Assembly: GCA_028703175.1 (NCBI GenBank)
Contig: JAQVNJ010000064.1
Span: 1-32,699, forward strand
Source of the DNA: Thermoguttaceae bacterium
Lineage (GTDB): Bacteria; Planctomycetota; Planctomycetia; Pirellulales; Thermoguttaceae
Length of the DNA stretch: 32,699 bases
Direction: 5' to 3'
Both the position numbers and the translations under genes were made by a program. Below, one piece after another: positions 25,107 through 32,699 of this stretch; the first letter of the stretch is position 1, and each line of letters opens with the position of its first letter. Below the pieces are notes generated by a model. The model worked only from the letters and a program-made list of their open reading frames with translations. It searched no databases and was not told the DNA's origin.

Positions 25107-25643
25107 ATGAGACGGACGATTACGGCCTTGATGTTGGCTGGGTTCTTGATCCAGGGAACCGGCTGCGCTAGTTGCGGCTGGGTCTATGCCCCGTTCGGAC
25201 CAGGCACGTTGTGCACCGGAACGCCCTGCGATGACTGTGGAGTGGCGGCGTGCACCGCGCCTGTCGCCGGCGCGGCGGTTTGCGCCGATTGCGGCACCGC
25301 GTGCGGCGGCGCCTGCCCGCCGTGCGGGCCCCTGAGCTGGCTTTTTCAACTGCTCAACTGCGGCTTCTGCGGAGACGGCTGTGGCGAGATGTGGTGGGGC
25401 GATTTTCATGGGGCGCCGCCGGAAGCCTGCGATCCGTGCAACCGCATGGGCGACTATACGGGCCCGGCGGGTGGGGTCATGCTCCCAAGCAGCGGCGGCT
25501 GTTCGAGTTGCGCGGGGGGGCAGACAATCGATTACAGCTTCCGGCAGACGCCCCGGGTGCTCGCCCAGTCGCCGCAGAGCGGGGCCCCGTCGCGTGCGCC
25601 CGTCCACCAGGCCGTCAAGCCGCTCCCCGCCGTGCGGCGGTAA
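25107..25643 (+). CDS. Cysteine-rich putative lipoprotein (18 Cys, multiple CxxC pairs)
   Basis: ATG 25107 (MRRTITALMLAGFLIQGTGC…), lipobox-like LIQGTGC. It has CxxC pairs (CDDC, CADC, CPPC, CGFC, CDPC, CSSC), high GC3, and GGGAGG upstream. The first 44 codons of the track ORF (start 24975) are probably non-coding. Confidence 0.6.
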   Translation: MRRTITALMLAGFLIQGTGCASCGWVYAPFGPGTLCTGTPCDDCGVAACTAPVAGAAVCADCGTACGGACPPCGPLSWLFQLLNCGFCGDGCGEMWWGDFHGAPPEACDPCNRMGDYTGPAGGVMLPSSGGCSSCAGGQTIDYSFRQTPRVLAQSPQSGAPSRAPVHQAVKPLPAVRR

Positions 25644-25650
25644 CCGGCGG

Positions 25651-26691
25651 CTACTGGTCGGGAGAGACCGTCTCGAAACGCCCGAAGACCATGCGGCCGG
25701 CACTCGTCTGCAAGACGCTCGTGACGGCAATCTGGACGTTCCTCTTGATGTAATCCCGGCCGTTCTCGACCACGACCATCGTGCCATCGTCGAGGTAGCC
25801 GACCCCTTGGCCGGGTTCTTCGCCCGCTTTGACGATCCGGACCTCGATGTGCTCCCCGGGCAGAAAGACGGGCTTGAGGGCATTCGCCAGATCATTCAAG
25901 TTGATCACGCCCACGCCGTGGAGCCGAGCGACCTTGTTGAGGTTGTAGTCGTTGGTGATCAGCTTGCCTTCGAGGTGTTTCGCCAGCGTGACCAGCTTCA
26001 GGTCCACCGGTTGGCCCGCGAACTCGGGCAGATCGCGGTCGAAGATTTTCAGGTCCACCTCGGGATTGTTGCGGAGCCGATTGAGGATATCGAGCCCGCG
26101 CCGCCCCCGGCTCCGCCGCAGCCGATCGGAACTGTCGGCAATCGCCTGCAACTCGGTGATCGCGAACCGGGGCATGACCAACTGGCTGTCAAAAGCGTTC
26201 GTCTCCACCACGTCGGCAATCCGCCCATCGATGACCACGCTCGTGTCGAGGATGTAGGGGCGGCGCCCCTTGACCTCCTTGGAAAACTCGATGTAGGGGA
26301 TGATGAAACGGAAGTCGTCCCGCGTCTGCATCAGGAGGCTGATGCACGTGTAGCAAAGCATCGGGGCGAGCAAAAGCTGGACGGCGGCGCGGACATTCTC
26401 GAGCAGCTCCGGATCGCTGATCATCAGGAACGGGGTCAGCGCCAAGCCCCCGATGTAGGCCAGGAACAACCCCACGATCAACCCGAAATACACCGCCGAA
26501 ATCACGTCGAGCCGCTTGCGCGAAATCATCACGTCGATCGCCACGATCGCGATGGCGCCAAGCGGGATGCCGATCAGCAGCGCCCAGCCGGTTGCATCGG
26601 AGCCCTGCGTGATGTTCTCGGCAGTCGACAGAAAGAGTCCGAGTCCAATGGCGATCACGATGAACACGGCGCGAAGAATCATGAGGATCAT
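25651..26691 (-). CDS. PIN- and TRAM-domain membrane protein (YacL-like)
   Basis: ATG 26691 (MILMILRAVFIVIAIGLGLFL…). N-terminal TM helices are followed by a PIN-like region (…YILDTSVVIDGRIADVVE…) and a C-terminal TRAM-like region (…EHIEVRIVKAGEEPGQGVGYLDDGTMVVVENG…). Confidence 0.65.
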   Translation of the reverse strand: MILMILRAVFIVIAIGLGLFLSTAENITQGSDATGWALLIGIPLGAIAIVAIDVMISRKRLDVISAVYFGLIVGLFLAYIGGLALTPFLMISDPELLENVRAAVQLLLAPMLCYTCISLLMQTRDDFRFIIPYIEFSKEVKGRRPYILDTSVVIDGRIADVVETNAFDSQLVMPRFAITELQAIADSSDRLRRSRGRRGLDILNRLRNNPEVDLKIFDRDLPEFAGQPVDLKLVTLAKHLEGKLITNDYNLNKVARLHGVGVINLNDLANALKPVFLPGEHIEVRIVKAGEEPGQGVGYLDDGTMVVVENGRDYIKRNVQIAVTSVLQTSAGRMVFGRFETVSPDQ

Positions 26692-26981
26692 CGGGCAGGC
26701 CCTTTGGAACCAGGTGGAGGGATATGGGGCAAAGCAGATGAATGATGGCTGCTTATAATGTTCCGAGGGACCGTTCGACCGAGATGCCGGATTCCTCAAC
26801 AGAAACGTCGGGGATTGTCATGAATCAATACGGGCGCCGGGGACAATCGGAGGCCTGCCGTCAAACCAGCCAGCACGGCCAAGCCCCTATTCTAGGCAAA
26901 GAACTCAGCGCGTGCAAACAGGCTAACTACCTGCCCCCATGACCATGTTTGATCACCCCCCCCTGAGTGGCGGTCTTCCCT

Positions 26982-27007
26982 GGTTCCCAAGCGCCCGCTT
27001 GGGAACC
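26982..27007. repeat. Palindromic element copy B: GGTTCCCAAGCG-cc-CGCTTGGGAACC
   Basis: Same arms and flanks as copy A. The inner arm base differs with a compensating change (T/A to G/C), so the palindrome is preserved. Located 55 nt 3' of the HIT gene stop. Confidence 0.6.
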
Positions 27008-27061
27008 TCCGGTCCGCGCGACCTGCCGGTTGGGGGTGGCCCTGTCAGGACCATGCGCTCT

Positions 27062-27601
27062 TCACCCACTCCCGAGCCGCCGCGCGAGCGTTTCCCAGAG
27101 GGCCTCGAGCGACTGAGGAATGACCTTGACACCCGCCAGCGACGGCATGAAATTCGTATCGCCCAGCCAGCGCGGCACGATGTGCCAGTGAATGTGGTCG
27201 GGCAATCCGGCCCCGGCGGTGCGTCCCAGGTTGAGCCCGACGTTGAAACCTTCCGCGTTGAGCGTCTCTCTCAACACGCCCACCAGCCGCGTAATCATCG
27301 TGGCGATTTCCAGATGTTCCGCCGCCGCCAGGTCCTCCAGCCCGCCCACGTGCCGCATGGGAGCAACCAACGTGTGCCCGTTGTTGTAGGGGTAGCGATT
27401 GAGCACGGCCAGGCTCGACTCCCCCCGAGCGATGACCCAGCGAGAGCGGTCTGCCGGGTCCACCGCGGCCTGGCAGAGGAAGCAATCGGGGTCGGCCCCG
27501 GCCGGAAAATGGAGCGTTTCGCTTGAATCGGGTTGCGATTGACCGGTCGGTTGCACGTAGCTGAGCCGCCAAGGGGCCCAGATCCGCTCAAGATGATCCA
27601 C
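27062..27601 (-). CDS. HIT-family (histidine triad) nucleotide hydrolase/transferase
   Basis: Only the C-terminal about 180 codons of track ORF 27062..28960 are real (…ERIWAPWRLSYVQP…DCFLCQ…NRYPYNNGHTLV…LPDHIHWHIVPRW). GTG 27601 has GAGG 8 nt upstream (alternative GTG 27607). The upstream 450 codons of the track ORF are the antisense of scpA. Confidence 0.7.
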   Translation of the reverse strand: MDHLERIWAPWRLSYVQPTGQSQPDSSETLHFPAGADPDCFLCQAAVDPADRSRWVIARGESSLAVLNRYPYNNGHTLVAPMRHVGGLEDLAAAEHLEIATMITRLVGVLRETLNAEGFNVGLNLGRTAGAGLPDHIHWHIVPRWLGDTNFMPSLAGVKVIPQSLEALWETLARRLGSG

Positions 27602-28063
27602 AGACACGCGCCTCAACACTCTCTGAAGGGGTCGGCTAATTTGGGATTCCAGTGGCGAAAGGCGATGGTTAACCCTCCTTCCGCCGGGTTCCCGGAATCC
27701 GTTCGACAGACTCTGGAGTCTATCGCCAGGCCGGCCGAGCCGCAAGTTGCCCGATGCAAACACCACCGGCGGTCGATTGGCTTCAAGTCTTTTTGGCCTC
27801 GGGGTCGAAACTCTAGCTATTGGCGAAAAGATCTGCCGATTGCGCCGGCGATCGCGGCTGTTCGGGCCATGAGAAGACCTCCCCCGCGGCAGGCGGTGTC
27901 CTTCGTCGCATTCACAGGCACAGCATGTCCCCCCTCGAAACAGGGACGCGCCCCGGGCGACTCGCCAGTCCCGCCTGGACGGGATAGACTGGACAGCGGG
28001 GGGAGTGAAACGCAGTCTGCGACCGGACCGCTCGGTCCGAGCCGCATCGCGGAACCGTGAGCG

Positions 28064-28840
28064 ATGGATTTTCGAGTCAGTCTCGACATTTTTCGAGGTC
28101 CGCTGGACCTGTTGCTCTACCTGGTGCGCAAGCACGAGGTCGAGATTGTCGATATTCCGATCGCCACGATCACCGATCAGTACCTCGAATACCTGGCCGT
28201 GCTCCGCGAAATGGACGTCAACTCGGTCGGCGACTTCCTGGCGATGGCGAGCACGCTTGTCGAACTGAAGTCGCAGCAAGTGCTGCCTCGGGCGGACGAG
28301 ATCGACGAGGCGATCGAAGACCCCCGAAAAGAGCTTGTCGAGCGGCTCCTGGAGTACAAGAAGTACCGCGATGCGGCCAGCATCCTGGAAGAACGCAGCC
28401 GCTCGTGGCAGCAGCATTACCCCAGGGTGGCCGACGACCTGCCCCCCCGGCGCCGCGATCTGGCCGAGGAGCCGATTCGCGAGGTCGAGCTTTGGGACTT
28501 GGTCAGCGCGTTCGGGCGGATCATCCGCGACAACGAATCGACGAAACCGTCGAACATCGTCTACGACGAGACGCCGATTCACGTCTACATGGCAAGGATC
28601 TTCGCGCGGCTTCGGCAGGAGGAGCAGCTGTCGTTTTACGATTTCTTCGAGCCGGCGATGCACAAGTCGTCGGCGATCGGCGTCTTCCTTGCGATCTTGG
28701 AGCTTGTTCGCCATCGAAGAATCGAAGTCGATCAGGAGCAGATTTTCGGGCAGATCTGGCTGCGGCCGCGCCACGACGCCGAACCCCTGGATTTTTCCAA
28801 GATCGACAATTACGATTACGAGACTTTCCTGGCCGAATAA
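28064..28840 (+). CDS. scpA: Segregation and condensation protein A
   Basis: MDFRVSLDIFRGPLDLLLYLVRKHEVEIVDIPIATITDQYLEYL… is the canonical ScpA N-terminus. Length is 258 aa. Confidence 0.85.
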   Translation: MDFRVSLDIFRGPLDLLLYLVRKHEVEIVDIPIATITDQYLEYLAVLREMDVNSVGDFLAMASTLVELKSQQVLPRADEIDEAIEDPRKELVERLLEYKKYRDAASILEERSRSWQQHYPRVADDLPPRRRDLAEEPIREVELWDLVSAFGRIIRDNESTKPSNIVYDETPIHVYMARIFARLRQEEQLSFYDFFEPAMHKSSAIGVFLAILELVRHRRIEVDQEQIFGQIWLRPRHDAEPLDFSKIDNYDYETFLAE

Positions 28841-28971
28841 GGCCGCCACGAGGGGCAGCCGGCCGCCGAGCGGCCCCTTTGCTGGTCCAAGGGCAACTCT
28901 CTCTCGTTGAGCGGTCGCCTTTCCTCTCGGCGACCGCGGATTGACCGCCGAATCGCGCAATCAGGAGCGAC

Positions 28972-29907
28972 ATGGGCGCAGAGAAGCACCACCAGCCGGA
29001 ACGCCGACCTTCTGAGAAGCAAGCCCCGCCGGGCGGCGGCGCTCGCGGTGCCGCCTCCTGCGAGACGGCCCTTGACGATCAGCCGGTCCACCGGCTGGCT
29101 TTCAAGGACTTCACGATCGAGGGTTACTCCCGCGCGGCCGTTCAGACCTACTGGCGAATCCCGGAGTTCAAGGTCGGCTTCGACCTCGGCGGGCAGCCGT
29201 GGTCGTTCATGGGTACGCCGACCTGGTTTGTCAGCCATACCCACATGGATCACGTCCTCGCCCTGCCGGCCTACGTCGCGCGGCGGCGGATGATGAAAAT
29301 GGAGCCGCCGACGATCTACCTGCCCGAGGCGGCCGTCGAACCGGTCCAGCGGATCCTGCGGCAGATGAGCCGGCTCGACCGCGGCCGGCTCCCCTGCCAC
29401 CTCGTGCCGACTTGTCCGGGCGACGAAGTCAGGCTCTCGCGTGAGCTGGTTGTCACGGTTTCAGCCACCACGCACACCCTCCCGTCGAACGGGTTCGTCG
29501 TCTGGGGAGTCCGCAAGAAGCTGCGCGAGGAATACCAGGGTCTTTCGGGCGAGGAGATCCGCGACCTGCGGCTGGCCGGCACCGAGGTCGCCCGCGAACT
29601 GCGGATTCCCCGCCTGGCCTATCTCGGCGACAGTTCGCCCGAGGGCCTCGACGCCTGCCCCGCGATGTACGAGGCGGATGTCCTGATCCTCGAAATGACG
29701 TTTGTCTCGCCCAGCCACCGCAAAGAGAGGATTCACAAGTTCGGCCACATGCATCTCGACGACCTGCTGGATCGCAAGGCCCGGTTCAAGAACCAACTGG
29801 TGATCGCCTCGCACTTCAGCACGCGCTATCGGACGCGGCAGATCCGCCGCCTCGTCGAGCGGCGGCTGCCCGACATGCTCGACGGGCGCCTCACGCTCTG
29901 GTTATGA
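28972..29907 (+). CDS. MBL-fold metallo-hydrolase (RNase Z / beta-lactamase-like; HxHxDH motif HTHMDH)
   Basis: …TWFVSHTHMDHVLALPAYV… with later His/Asp positions (…TTHTLPSNGF…, …HFSTRY…). The N-terminal about 40 aa are low complexity, so the start is uncertain. Confidence 0.6.
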   Translation: MGAEKHHQPERRPSEKQAPPGGGARGAASCETALDDQPVHRLAFKDFTIEGYSRAAVQTYWRIPEFKVGFDLGGQPWSFMGTPTWFVSHTHMDHVLALPAYVARRRMMKMEPPTIYLPEAAVEPVQRILRQMSRLDRGRLPCHLVPTCPGDEVRLSRELVVTVSATTHTLPSNGFVVWGVRKKLREEYQGLSGEEIRDLRLAGTEVARELRIPRLAYLGDSSPEGLDACPAMYEADVLILEMTFVSPSHRKERIHKFGHMHLDDLLDRKARFKNQLVIASHFSTRYRTRQIRRLVERRLPDMLDGRLTLWL

Positions 29908-30188
29908 TTCCGGTGGGGATCAACACGGTTTACCTCACGTTCGACACGGACAGGAACACGTCGCACCACCGGGTGGCGTTTGTGCCCCAGACGGTCCGCG
30001 ATTACCGGCTTTCGGACTTCGACGGCGGCCGGTGGCGGACGCTCGGGGTGGAGCAAGACAACTTCCAGCGCCGTGATGTGCACCGCTTCGCCTCCGTGAA
30101 GGCCGCCAAGCTGCGGCTGGAGGTCGAGGCGACCAATCGAGACCGCTCGGCGCGCGTCTTCGAGATCCGCGCGTACGACGAGCGGTAG
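29904..30188 (+). CDS. Hypothetical protein (94 aa)
   Basis: ATGA start/stop overlap with the upstream gene. High GC3. No recognisable motif. Confidence 0.45.
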   Translation: MIPVGINTVYLTFDTDRNTSHHRVAFVPQTVRDYRLSDFDGGRWRTLGVEQDNFQRRDVHRFASVKAAKLRLEVEATNRDRSARVFEIRAYDER

Positions 30189-30199
30189 GCGGGAGACCT

Positions 30200-31228
30200 A
30201 TGCCAGAATCGATTCCCAGCCGGCAGCGGGCGCTCGTCCTGGAGCGTCACTGCGAGGACCTGATCGAGGCCATCGAGGGATTGAAGGTTGCCGAGCGGCC
30301 CGTGCCCGAGCCGGGCCGCGGACAGGTGCTGGTCAAGATCGAGGCAGCGCCCTGCAACCCTTCGGACCTGGTGTTTCTTCAAGCCAAGTACGGCGCGCTG
30401 AAGACGCTGCCCAGCGTGCCCGGCTGGGAAGGGGCGGGCCGCGTGGTCGCCAGCGGCGGTGGCTGGCTGGCCGGATGGCTCGTGGGCCAACGGGTGGCCA
30501 GCGCGCTGGAGGGCGACCGCGATGGCACGTGGGCGGAATACTTTCTGGCCGATGCGTCGGATTGCATCCCGCTGAGCCCGAAACTGCCCATCGACCAGGC
30601 CGCCAGCCTGATCATCAACCCCCTGACCGCCGTCGGGCTGCTGGAGACTGCCCGCCGCCGGCGGCATCGGGCAGCCGTCCACACCGCCGGGGCGAGCCAG
30701 GTTGGCCGGATGATCCTCGCCATCGCCAACGAGGCCGGCTACCCCGTGATCCACGTCGTCCGCCGCCGAGCCCAGGTCGACCTGCTCCGCGCGCTGGGCA
30801 CCGAGCATGTCCTCGATTCCTCCCGCGACGACTTCTCTGAGCAGCTTCGCGCGGCCTCGGCGGACCTCGGGGCCACGATCGCCTTCGAGGCCGTTGCCGG
30901 GCCGATGACCGGCAGGGTGCTCAACGCCATGCCGCCCGGCTCGACAGTGTATGTCTACGGGGCCCTCTCGGAGGAGCCGTGCAGCGGCATCGACCCGATC
31001 GGGTTGCTGTTTCGCGATCAGACGGTGACGGGGTTCTACCTGGCCCGTTGGCTGCGAAAGCAGAACCGGCTGAGCATCTTTTTGAAGGCCCGCCGCGTGC
31101 AGCAGATGCTGATCGCCGGGCGGATCGCCACGGGCATCGAGCGCAGGGCAAGCCTCGACGAGGCCGCCGACGCGATGAAGCAATACGTCCACCAGATGAC
31201 CGACGGAAAAGTGATCATCCACCCGTAG
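30200..31228 (+). CDS. Zinc-binding dehydrogenase / quinone-oxidoreductase family (MDR superfamily) protein
   Basis: …RALVLERH…PGRGQVLVKIEAAPCNPSDL…GWEGAGRVVASG… then a Rossmann segment …AAVHTAGASQVGRMILAIANEAGYPVIHVVRR…. GGGAG lies upstream of the ATG. Confidence 0.65.
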   Translation: MPESIPSRQRALVLERHCEDLIEAIEGLKVAERPVPEPGRGQVLVKIEAAPCNPSDLVFLQAKYGALKTLPSVPGWEGAGRVVASGGGWLAGWLVGQRVASALEGDRDGTWAEYFLADASDCIPLSPKLPIDQAASLIINPLTAVGLLETARRRRHRAAVHTAGASQVGRMILAIANEAGYPVIHVVRRRAQVDLLRALGTEHVLDSSRDDFSEQLRAASADLGATIAFEAVAGPMTGRVLNAMPPGSTVYVYGALSEEPCSGIDPIGLLFRDQTVTGFYLARWLRKQNRLSIFLKARRVQQMLIAGRIATGIERRASLDEAADAMKQYVHQMTDGKVIIHP

Positions 31229-31351
31229 ATCAACCGGTTGGACCAGCCGCATCCGGCTGGGGCGGTCCCTGCCGAGGGGACCCTCTGCCGCTCCCCTCCA
31301 GCCCCCGGCGCCGAAGGCAGGGCTGGTCCAACCAGTTCGGGCTCGCCCGCG

Positions 31352-31843
31352 CTAGCCCGGATCGTCGTCGGCTCCGCCGAAACCGCCGCGTCCCGCCTCG
31401 GCGCAGCGGATCGCGTCCTCCGGCAGTTCGTTGCCGTAGATCACCGAGAGGATCGCGGGCAGGTAGACGTCCAGGAGCGAGAGGGTCGTGCCCATCAGCC
31501 GATCGATGACGCTGTCCTCCAGGCGGTCGTCGGTGAGGATTTGGGACGCCTGGAAACGCAACTCGCCTTGATCGAAGTCCATTTCGAACTTGCCGACGTT
31601 CAGGCGATAGTTCGCCCGGACGATCGTCTCGGCCACCGCCGGCCGAGCGCCCTCGGGGACCCGCAGCGGCGGGCAGCCGAAGACCTGGAACAGTTCCGCC
31701 TGGTCATCCACAGCGGCGATCATCCGGTAGGTGCCGACCTCGCCGCGGAAATCGGCGCAGATCGATCGATTTTCGCCGTCGGCCAGGTAGTGGACTTCAC
31801 GGTCATCCAGGTGCTGCATCAGTCTCTCATAAGCCGCGTTCAT
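31352..31843 (-). CDS. YbjN-like domain protein (putative sensory-transduction/chaperone-like)
   Basis: ATG 31843 (MNAAYERLMQHLDDREVHYLADGENRSICADFRGEVGTYRMIAAVDDQAELFQVF…) with GGAGG 6 nt upstream. The 114 codons upstream in the track ORF are R/P/A-rich non-coding. Confidence 0.6.
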   Translation of the reverse strand: MNAAYERLMQHLDDREVHYLADGENRSICADFRGEVGTYRMIAAVDDQAELFQVFGCPPLRVPEGARPAVAETIVRANYRLNVGKFEMDFDQGELRFQASQILTDDRLEDSVIDRLMGTTLSLLDVYLPAILSVIYGNELPEDAIRCAEAGRGGFGGADDDPG

Positions 31844-32121
31844 GGTGGGCCTCCCTTCGCTCGGTCCGGGTGGACTTGGCCAGGCGCGGGCCGCCGCATC
31901 CGCGGCGCCGGGATTGGCCTCGATTCTTCCCGCCGGCCTGCCCAAGAGCAGGTCGCGCAGGGCTGTCAGGAATGCTCGAATCATCATGTGTCCAAAGACG
32001 CTCGATCGGGGCGAAAAGTTCACCGCCGCGGGGGGCGCCTCCGTTTCTCCCGGATTAGCATGAGCCGTCGAGGGGTATTGTATTGCAGCCAACCGGCTGC
32101 GGCGATGCCCGGCGGGACCTG

Positions 32122-32307
32122 CTACTGGAGCTCCGGCGGCATCGCGAAGGCGTCGTTGAGGCAGTCGCCGATCGAGAGCAGCCATGATTCGTCGCCCGAC
32201 TTGAGCACCAGTTCGGTGTCTTCGATCTGGGTGACCTCTCCGATCTCCGAAAAGGCGGAATCAAACGGTTGGAAATCGAGGCGGCCGGCCGGGCCGAGGC
32301 TCGGCAA
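32122..32307 (-). CDS. Small hypothetical protein (61 aa, TTG start)
   Basis: High GC3 and protein-like composition (…DFQPFDSAFSEIGEVTQIEDTELVLKSGDESWLLSIGDCLNDAFAMPPELQ). Upstream in-frame TGA at 32355-32357. No ATG. Confidence 0.3.
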   Translation of the reverse strand: MPSLGPAGRLDFQPFDSAFSEIGEVTQIEDTELVLKSGDESWLLSIGDCLNDAFAMPPELQ

Positions 32308-32352
32308 CCAGACCTCGCCGTCCGCCGCGACCAGTCCCGGATGCGGATGGGG

Positions 32353-32389
32353 TCAACTCTTGACTCTTGACGGATATGTCAAGAGTTGA
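32353..32389. promoter_or_regulatory. Nested inverted repeat TCAACTCTTGAC-N13-GTCAAGAGTTGA, with inner TCTTGAC-N6-GTCAAGA and direct repeat CTCTTGAC-TCTTGAC
   Basis: Perfect 12-bp arms. Lies about 50 bp upstream of the minus-strand small ORF/YbjN-like unit. Half-site contains TTGAC. Confidence 0.45.
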
Positions 32390-32641
32390 GGAAGCCCGGC
32401 GAAACGCGGCGGTGGCGAGGGGCGGAAATGTGGGTATTCCGCCCGTAGAGGCCACAGGCGGGCTCAGAGAGCCCTGGCGAGCCTGCGGGCGGCGCGTGCC
32501 CGAATAGTTCCCAGGTGCGCCATTGCCCCCGAGGCGATATGTAATATTTAGGTAAATAGTGGTTTGGGGAACGGTAACTTCTCAATAATCCCGTGAAATT
32601 GGTCTTTACTTGGAGGGCGGTTTTGGTGTTTCTTGTGGTAC

Positions 32642-32699
32642 ATGGATGGAGCCAAGCCGATCACAATTGCCGGAATCGAGGTGCCGCCGGAGCAACGGA
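32642..32699 (+). CDS. 5' end of an unidentified gene (MDGAKPITIAGIEVPPEQR…), running off the window
   Basis: ATG 32642 follows an AT-rich island. Only 19 codons are visible. Confidence 0.25.
   Translation, partial: MDGAKPITIAGIEVPPEQR

Noticed and set aside
23393-25895. ORFs 23393..24733 (+ 446 aa), 24012..24485 (-), 24291..24818 (+), 24939..25895 (- 318 aa), 25250..25753 (+)
   Set aside because: Antisense or off-frame of ribBA (unambiguous homology) and of the Cys-rich lipoprotein gene. No protein-like composition.
25381-26745. ORF 25381..26745 (+ 454 aa)
   Set aside because: Antisense of the PIN/TRAM gene. D/R/G/V-rich shadow.
27062-28960. N-terminal about 450 codons of ORF 27062..28960 (-), plus ORFs 28057..28944 (+), 28335..28910 (+), 28521..28973 (-), 28816..29400 (-)
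   Set aside because: These overlap scpA (canonical ScpA sequence) in other frames or strands. Only the C-terminal HIT part of the 632-aa ORF is real.
30002-32389. ORFs 30002..31252 (- 416 aa), 30979..31509 (+), 31238..32389 (+ 383 aa), N-terminal 114 codons of 31352..32185 (-)
   Set aside because: Antisense of the MDR oxidoreductase and of the YbjN-like gene. R/P/G-rich products. The YbjN true start is supported by GGAGG-ATG at 31843.
1-32699. tRNA/rRNA/CRISPR/IS elements
   Set aside because: No cloverleaf-compatible T-loop (GTTCRANYC) contexts in intergenic regions. No spacer-repeat arrays beyond the two heptamer microsatellites. No transposase-like ORFs or terminal inverted repeats recognised.

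Overview
This 32.7-kb window is very GC-rich (about 68-70% by eye) and probably chromosomal. The gene content (GEVED-repeat giant protein, NfeD-flotillin pair, long intergenic spacers) suggests a Planctomycetota-like organism; that is inference only. Three readings are central.

(1) Positions 1-15760 are one giant minus-strand gene whose 3' end lies beyond the window start. It encodes more than 5,250 codons of a multidomain protein. I read directly from the sequence an N-terminal subtilisin-like S8 peptidase domain, a subtilase P-domain-like segment, a metzincin HEIGHALSLGH zinc-protease motif, a PPC-like segment containing a DVDWYRF motif, parallel beta-helix-like repeats, and at least five C-terminal GEVED-type repeats (GEVEDY with ARFR and DYGDAP motifs).

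(2) The ORF track does not list this gene, presumably because the ORF runs off the window edge. Instead it shows six large plus-strand ORFs (83..7666, 7691..9280, 9446..10051, 10100..11908, 11909..12193, 12485..15781). All six are in the same frame and are its codon-aligned antisense shadow: their translations are V/D/R/G/A-rich low-complexity sequence.

(3) Many other long ORFs in the track are antisense or off-frame artefacts of the GC bias.

The remainder of the window (15.8-32.7 kb) carries ordinary-looking genes. In order: a 3-TM membrane protein with a C-terminal (RGMG)n tail; an RNase HII-like protein; an NfeD-like plus flotillin (SPFH) operon; a secreted transglutaminase-like/TPR protein; ribBA; a cysteine-rich putative lipoprotein; a PIN/TRAM (YacL-like) protein; a HIT-family protein; scpA; an MBL-fold hydrolase; a 94-aa overlapping ORF; an MDR-family oxidoreductase; a YbjN-like protein; and a 5'-partial gene at the window end.

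Non-coding curiosities:
- Two copies of a 26-bp palindromic element, at 18667 and 26982. They differ only by compensatory changes at the centre of the stem.
- Two heptamer tandem arrays filling the convergent flotillin/TPR intergenic region.
- A nested inverted repeat with half-site TCTTGAC at 32353-32389.
- An AT-rich island at 32536-32610.

I did not recognise any rRNA, tRNA or CRISPR array.

The most interesting object is the giant dual-protease (S8 + metzincin) GEVED-repeat protein. Its N-terminus has no recognisable Sec signal peptide.
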